DNA from: Selaginella moellendorffii
Lineage: Eukaryota; Plantae; Lycopodiophyta
Direction of reading: 5' to 3'
Length of the DNA stretch: 64,000 bases
Assembly (NCBI RefSeq): GCF_000143415.4
Contig: NW_003314309.1
Span: 613,459-677,458 of the forward strand
The first letter of the stretch is position 1. Each line of letters begins with the position of its first letter. Shown here one piece after another: positions 59,446 through 64,000 of the stretch. A program made the translations under genes and the position numbers. The notes under the pieces were generated by a model. It was not told the origin of the DNA. It saw only the letters and a list, made by a program, of their open reading frames with translations, and searched no databases.

Positions 59446-61944
59446 TCATAACATATCGCTGGATGCTTTGCGCTTAAACCTGTGAGAACAAAAGAGTGAG
59501 CCTGGTTCCATAGACGAGCTAAAGCTTACTAGTATGTATGGTATCTTGACGAGGAGGTAAGAAACACCGTAAAGTAGCGAAAAAATGGTAACACCAGACA
59601 CGACCATAAGGAAGAGCCGGTTGTTATCTTTGTTGGGCACGAACGCGCTCTTGAGCGTGTTGGTAAGCTCAAACAGCCGGTACGATACCTGTTACAAACA
59701 GAAGCACACCCAGTTTTAAGAGTTGAGCAAGTGCTCTTGCGTACCAGTATATAGATGGACGTCGCAAGCATGAAGTTAAGCATGGGGTAGTCCGATATGA
59801 ATGATAAGAGGAGCTTTGGCTGTCCATTAGAAACTCCCGTCCTAATTACATTGGACAGGAATTTAGTAAATGGTTGGCTGAAAGAAAAGGAAACTGACCT
59901 CAGCCAGATGTGGAACTGTGCAATATAAGTTTCAAGAGTGATCTTTCCAAGCCACCTGTAACGAAAAGACAGCAGATAATCATCCGGCGCAATGAAGTAG
60001 AGATTTCACTTACGCAAATAAGGTAAGGGACCAGTTCCGAAGGGGCTGAGAAACATTTCTCAAAACGATATAGACGCTGTCATCCTGATGTAAGCACCAG
60101 AAAAAAAGAAAAAAAAGAAGAGAGAACTAGCACCTTATGGGAATCCACGACGTGTAAGGATGTAGCTTGTTGTAACTCAACTTGTCTAACCTGTAAATGT
60201 GGACATACCATAGATATCCAACCTGCAATTCAACCGTTCGTTCTACTCTTCAACGAGGCGAAGTTTTACCAGTGAAGCAACAAACACGATGACCGACTTG
60301 TAGGTGAATTTCCGCCGACACTCAAGCTCCTCTAGTTTCTCAAGCCATCTTTCAACCTGCATAGACCTCAGTTACGGTCGAATCAGACAGCGCAGAAACT
60401 CATACCGTCGGATGGAAGTACGCACAAATCATCCCATATATCCAAATGTAGCGGTCAAGACCGGACCTAAAATGCCACTCATGTAGAACTGGGAGATCGG
60501 GCTTGCCAGGATCCGTATACTCTGCAAAGAAACACGAATAAAATGCCAAAATCAAGTGGTGAAAGCTTACCCACAAGGAATGTGAATGGTCTCCATACAA
60601 AATCAAATACTCCTGGAACCTCCCACACAAGTATAACAACTGCAAAGCATGCGGCAATTTTCGCACCAATGACAGATGGAACTTCGTTATACTTGTTCAG
60701 GATTCCCAGCGAGCAATAAACCATCAATGTGAAGAGGGTATGCATAGGACAGATGTAGTAAAGCATGTAGCTGTTGTTGAGGACGATGCAGCAAAAGGTG
60801 ACAAGAAAGTTGAGCCTCCACATCATCTGCAAGTGCGTTCACAAAGCATGAACTTACGAGTGCAAAGAAGCAGTTACCTGAGCAAACCGACCCAGGCTGA
60901 AATCCTTTCGCACATAATAGTAGGAAAAGTTCCCGAATCCAGTCATCCAGACATAACCCGCAATGAAGAGTCGTATAGCATTATAGATTTCAGCAGCCGC
61001 AAAATAATGGTACATCAAAAATAAAACCTGTCGAAAGAAAAGAAAATCAACACATCACCAAAAATCAAGTGCTATTCACCTGCATCCACCCTTTCCATTC
61101 CTCCGTTTGATGTCTGTTTAAATAAAGTATCGATTTTCCGGATGCAACAGACTTCTCCGCATGCTTCTTTAAAGACGTTATTGAAGAAACGATAATTAAA
61201 AGAAAATAAAGGAAAACGAAGAGGTCTCTGCTGTAATTCTGCAAGAAAGAAGTAACTATTCATCAGCACAAAAACCAGTAAAGCCAATTGGCCTACCTTC
61301 TTCAACTCCCCAAATACATTGGTTCGGTCACAAATGTAGAAATAGCAGAGTAGACATCCAAATTCTGCACTGCCAGTTTCATAAAGAAAATAAAGACGTG
61401 AGCAAAAACACTTTCGTGACTCGTGATCATAAAAGAAGATCCTTACATTGCTCTCAACAGCGAACGATTTTCAACGAGAAAAGTTTCGTTGAGAGTGAAA
61501 AATCTGCCACAAAAGATATAAGAAAATCAGCGCACCGACAACACGGCAAGAAAACAATAAAGGCCTCACTTAAACAACTGCATTCTGATAGAAAAGCTGC
61601 CTTTCAGAGTGCCACTGACGGAGAATCCATTCTCAAGAAGACTGTCTTTCTCATTGTCTCTTCTTGGCCCATGCTCCAGCTCCGAGAGGTTAATATCCGA
61701 GTGACTGTAAGAAACTTTACAATTGTTAGAGACGATCAAAGCAAAATCGACGTACTCACGCTTTCCCTGGCACTGGCTGCTTCCTATACTCAAGAAACTC
61801 CGAGTAAAGCCATGCTGTGAGCACGGGGATGAATCCCAAGACAAGAGCCACCTACAAAAAATTTGGACTCATATATCCAATCTACATTCCCATGAGTAGA
61901 TTCTAGCGTACCTGGCCAGTCGTCGGCGGGCTAATCTCCACCAT
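59446..61944 (-). CDS. Reduced Wall Acetylation (RWA)/Cas1p-like polysaccharide O-acetyltransferase, many exons
   Basis: [12 protein letters not shown] start, [63 protein letters not shown]. Confidence 0.93.
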
Positions 61945-62386
61945 TTCCAAAGCTGCTGCGAAAAGAACAATGGACGCTACCTCATCGGGCTCGGAAGCCC
62001 CGATCGATCGAAATCTCGCAGCTCCGGAATCGCACGGCGCTTAGATCCAGCCAAAACCTAGAGCCGCAGTAGATCCGAGCATCGAAATCTAGGCGCCGCT
62101 GGGCGATGGAGCTACCAAAATCGAATCGCGATAATCTGAAGCACGCGCCCTACCTACACTCCCCACATCATTCTTTCTTACCCGCTCAAACAAAGAAAAC
62201 TAAGCGCCTCTTTCTTAACGCTGCGGTGTGGACGGACAAGGACGACTCATCGCCTAGCCATTCCGCCCCATAACTCCTTGCGGGTGGCCCTAAATTGGTA
62301 CATCAACATCCGGTGGTTGGATTGGAATTCTAGCCGTAAAGATCATATTCCATAATCTGCTATAGCTCTGTACAGCACTGTCTAGG

Positions 62387-62861
62387 TCAAAACTCCTGGG
62401 AGAGGCTTCCAATCGCGTCCTTGAGGCTCGATTTCTTGGGAAGAAGCGATTGATTGATGTTGGGCAGCACGCCGCCGCTAGCGATCACCACATTGCCGAG
62501 CAATTTGCTGAGCTCCTCGTCGTTCCTCACGGCGAGCTGGATGTGCCTGGGGATGATCCGATTCTTCTTGTTATCCCGCGCGGCGTTTCCAGCGAGCTCG
62601 ATCACCTGGGAATGGGACGAAATCCCGAGATTGAGAGATTGAGACGACGGAAAAGAGATGAGCAAAGAATCTCACCTCCGCAGCGAGATACTCCATCACG
62701 GCGGCCATGTACACTGGCGCTCCAGCCCCGACGCGATCGGCATACTTGCCGGTCTTGAGAAATCTGGAGATCCTGCCCACTGGAAACTGCAATCCGGCCT
62801 TGTGAGAGCGAGAGACCGGTTTCGCCGACCGCGCCTTGCCGCGACCTCCGATGGAACTCAT
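62387..62861 (-). CDS. H2AX: Histone H2A.X (one intron ~62607-62675)
   Basis: [15 protein letters not shown]|[15 protein letters not shown]-terminal SQEF phosphorylation motif. Confidence 0.95.
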
Positions 62862-63073
62862 CTTTCCAGTAGGGCACGTTCGCTGCTCGATCGATTATAT
62901 ACGAAGATTGCCACGTCCGCGATCCCGAGTTTCCCGCTTTTTCCTGCCACGCTGGCGATCCGGGATTCAAACAACGAGCCAATGAAAATGAGCAAATAGA
63001 AAAATACGCGTAAGTATTAATGAGCGTACTTGATTAAATTGATGAAAGTTTTCCAGGGAGAAAATATATAGGC

Positions 63074-64000
63074 CTAAGCTCCTCCATCTGTTAACATCTG
63101 GATGCAGATAAAACAACCATCAGAGAATGCATTTTTTCTCTCTTCTTTGTGGGAGGCTGGAATATACCTTCATCAAATCTCCAAACAAACCATTCCGGCG
63201 TTGTCGGACATTGTAAAACTTCTCCGCTACAACGTCGAGGAGCTGTTTTACGAGAAAACGTTAACCATTTTCGGAGAAAAAGGAAGCTTTACCTCGTTAA
63301 GAGAAGGATCCCGGTCTAGACTTGACTTGTAGTTCTCACGGAGCATCCTAAACAAAGGGAGTGCGTCCCTCTCAAGACTGGAGAGAAAAACGCAAATTAA
63401 ATCACAGTCACTGCCTACAAGGAACAGCTTACGTTAGCAAGATAAACTTCGCCAAATGTGTGAGAGGAGATGCCAAGACGCTTGCTTGTGACGAGTCCTT
63501 GAGCTGAGAATGTAGTTCATCGAAGAGCTTATTGGCGTCCCTGAGGTTTCCCATAGACAAGTACCTGAGAAGAGAGAAAACGTCAGAAAGAATCAAAGAG
63601 CAAAAACTTGCTGCTCACAAGAAAACCCCGCGCGCAAGAAGAAGATCACCTTCCTCGGGCTGCGAACCATAAAAGAGTTTGAAACGTTTTGAAAGAAACC
63701 ACAGCTTACCTCCAGCATGCCGCTGATGATGGCCGATGCGAAGGCACTAGGATTGTTTCCACGAACATAATGGTAAAAGGCTTTTGCAAGGTCCTGGGTA
63801 TATCAAAGTTTCTTCATATTTGAGGAAAACATGGAAAGCAAAGAAAACTGGAGAGCAAAACTTACAGGTTGGGGTGATTCTCTGGCAAGGAAATCGGCTA
63901 GCAACTCGTGTAATTCAGGAGAGCCTCTGCTGGGAGCGCCAAACTCTGAAGACCATCTATGATAGTCAGTACATCAGTATCCAAAAAGAAGGAAAAAGAA
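63074..64000 (-). CDS. GET4: GET4 (Golgi-to-ER traffic protein 4) homolog, 3' exons only
   Basis: [65 protein letters not shown]. Confidence 0.8.

Overview
Compact land-plant nuclear DNA. The very short (~45-70 nt) GT-AG introns, tight gene spacing and gene/TE content resemble a lycophyte such as Selaginella (inference). Left end (1-3266): remnant LTR element plus a TRIM, then AT-rich degenerate DNA. 5.8-14.7 kb: NPF/PTR transporter, FEI-like LRR-RLK, CPK28-like CDPK and SRP receptor beta. 14.4-20.6 kb: a ~3.15 kb tandem duplication carrying an orphan signal-peptide/3-TM gene and fragments of a P-loop NTPase gene. 21440-44473: a nest of four LTR elements, each with an intact 5-bp TSD (a non-autonomous host, a TRIM in its LTR, and two same-family Ty3/Gypsy chromoviruses nested in opposite orientation). 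The nest splits a Crinkler-like NTPase+nuclease pseudogene. 47-64 kb: carB, BI-1, Coa1-like, TBC RabGAP, BIM-like bHLH, RWA, H2A.X and partial GET4. The most striking observation is that both chromovirus copies carry two small GT-AG introns (47 and 52 nt) inside the integrase coding region. Removing them restores the HPQTDGQTER and KLTQRFAGPY motifs, while the unspliced RNA stops before the catalytic Glu. All coordinates were read by eye and exon boundaries are approximate where stated.
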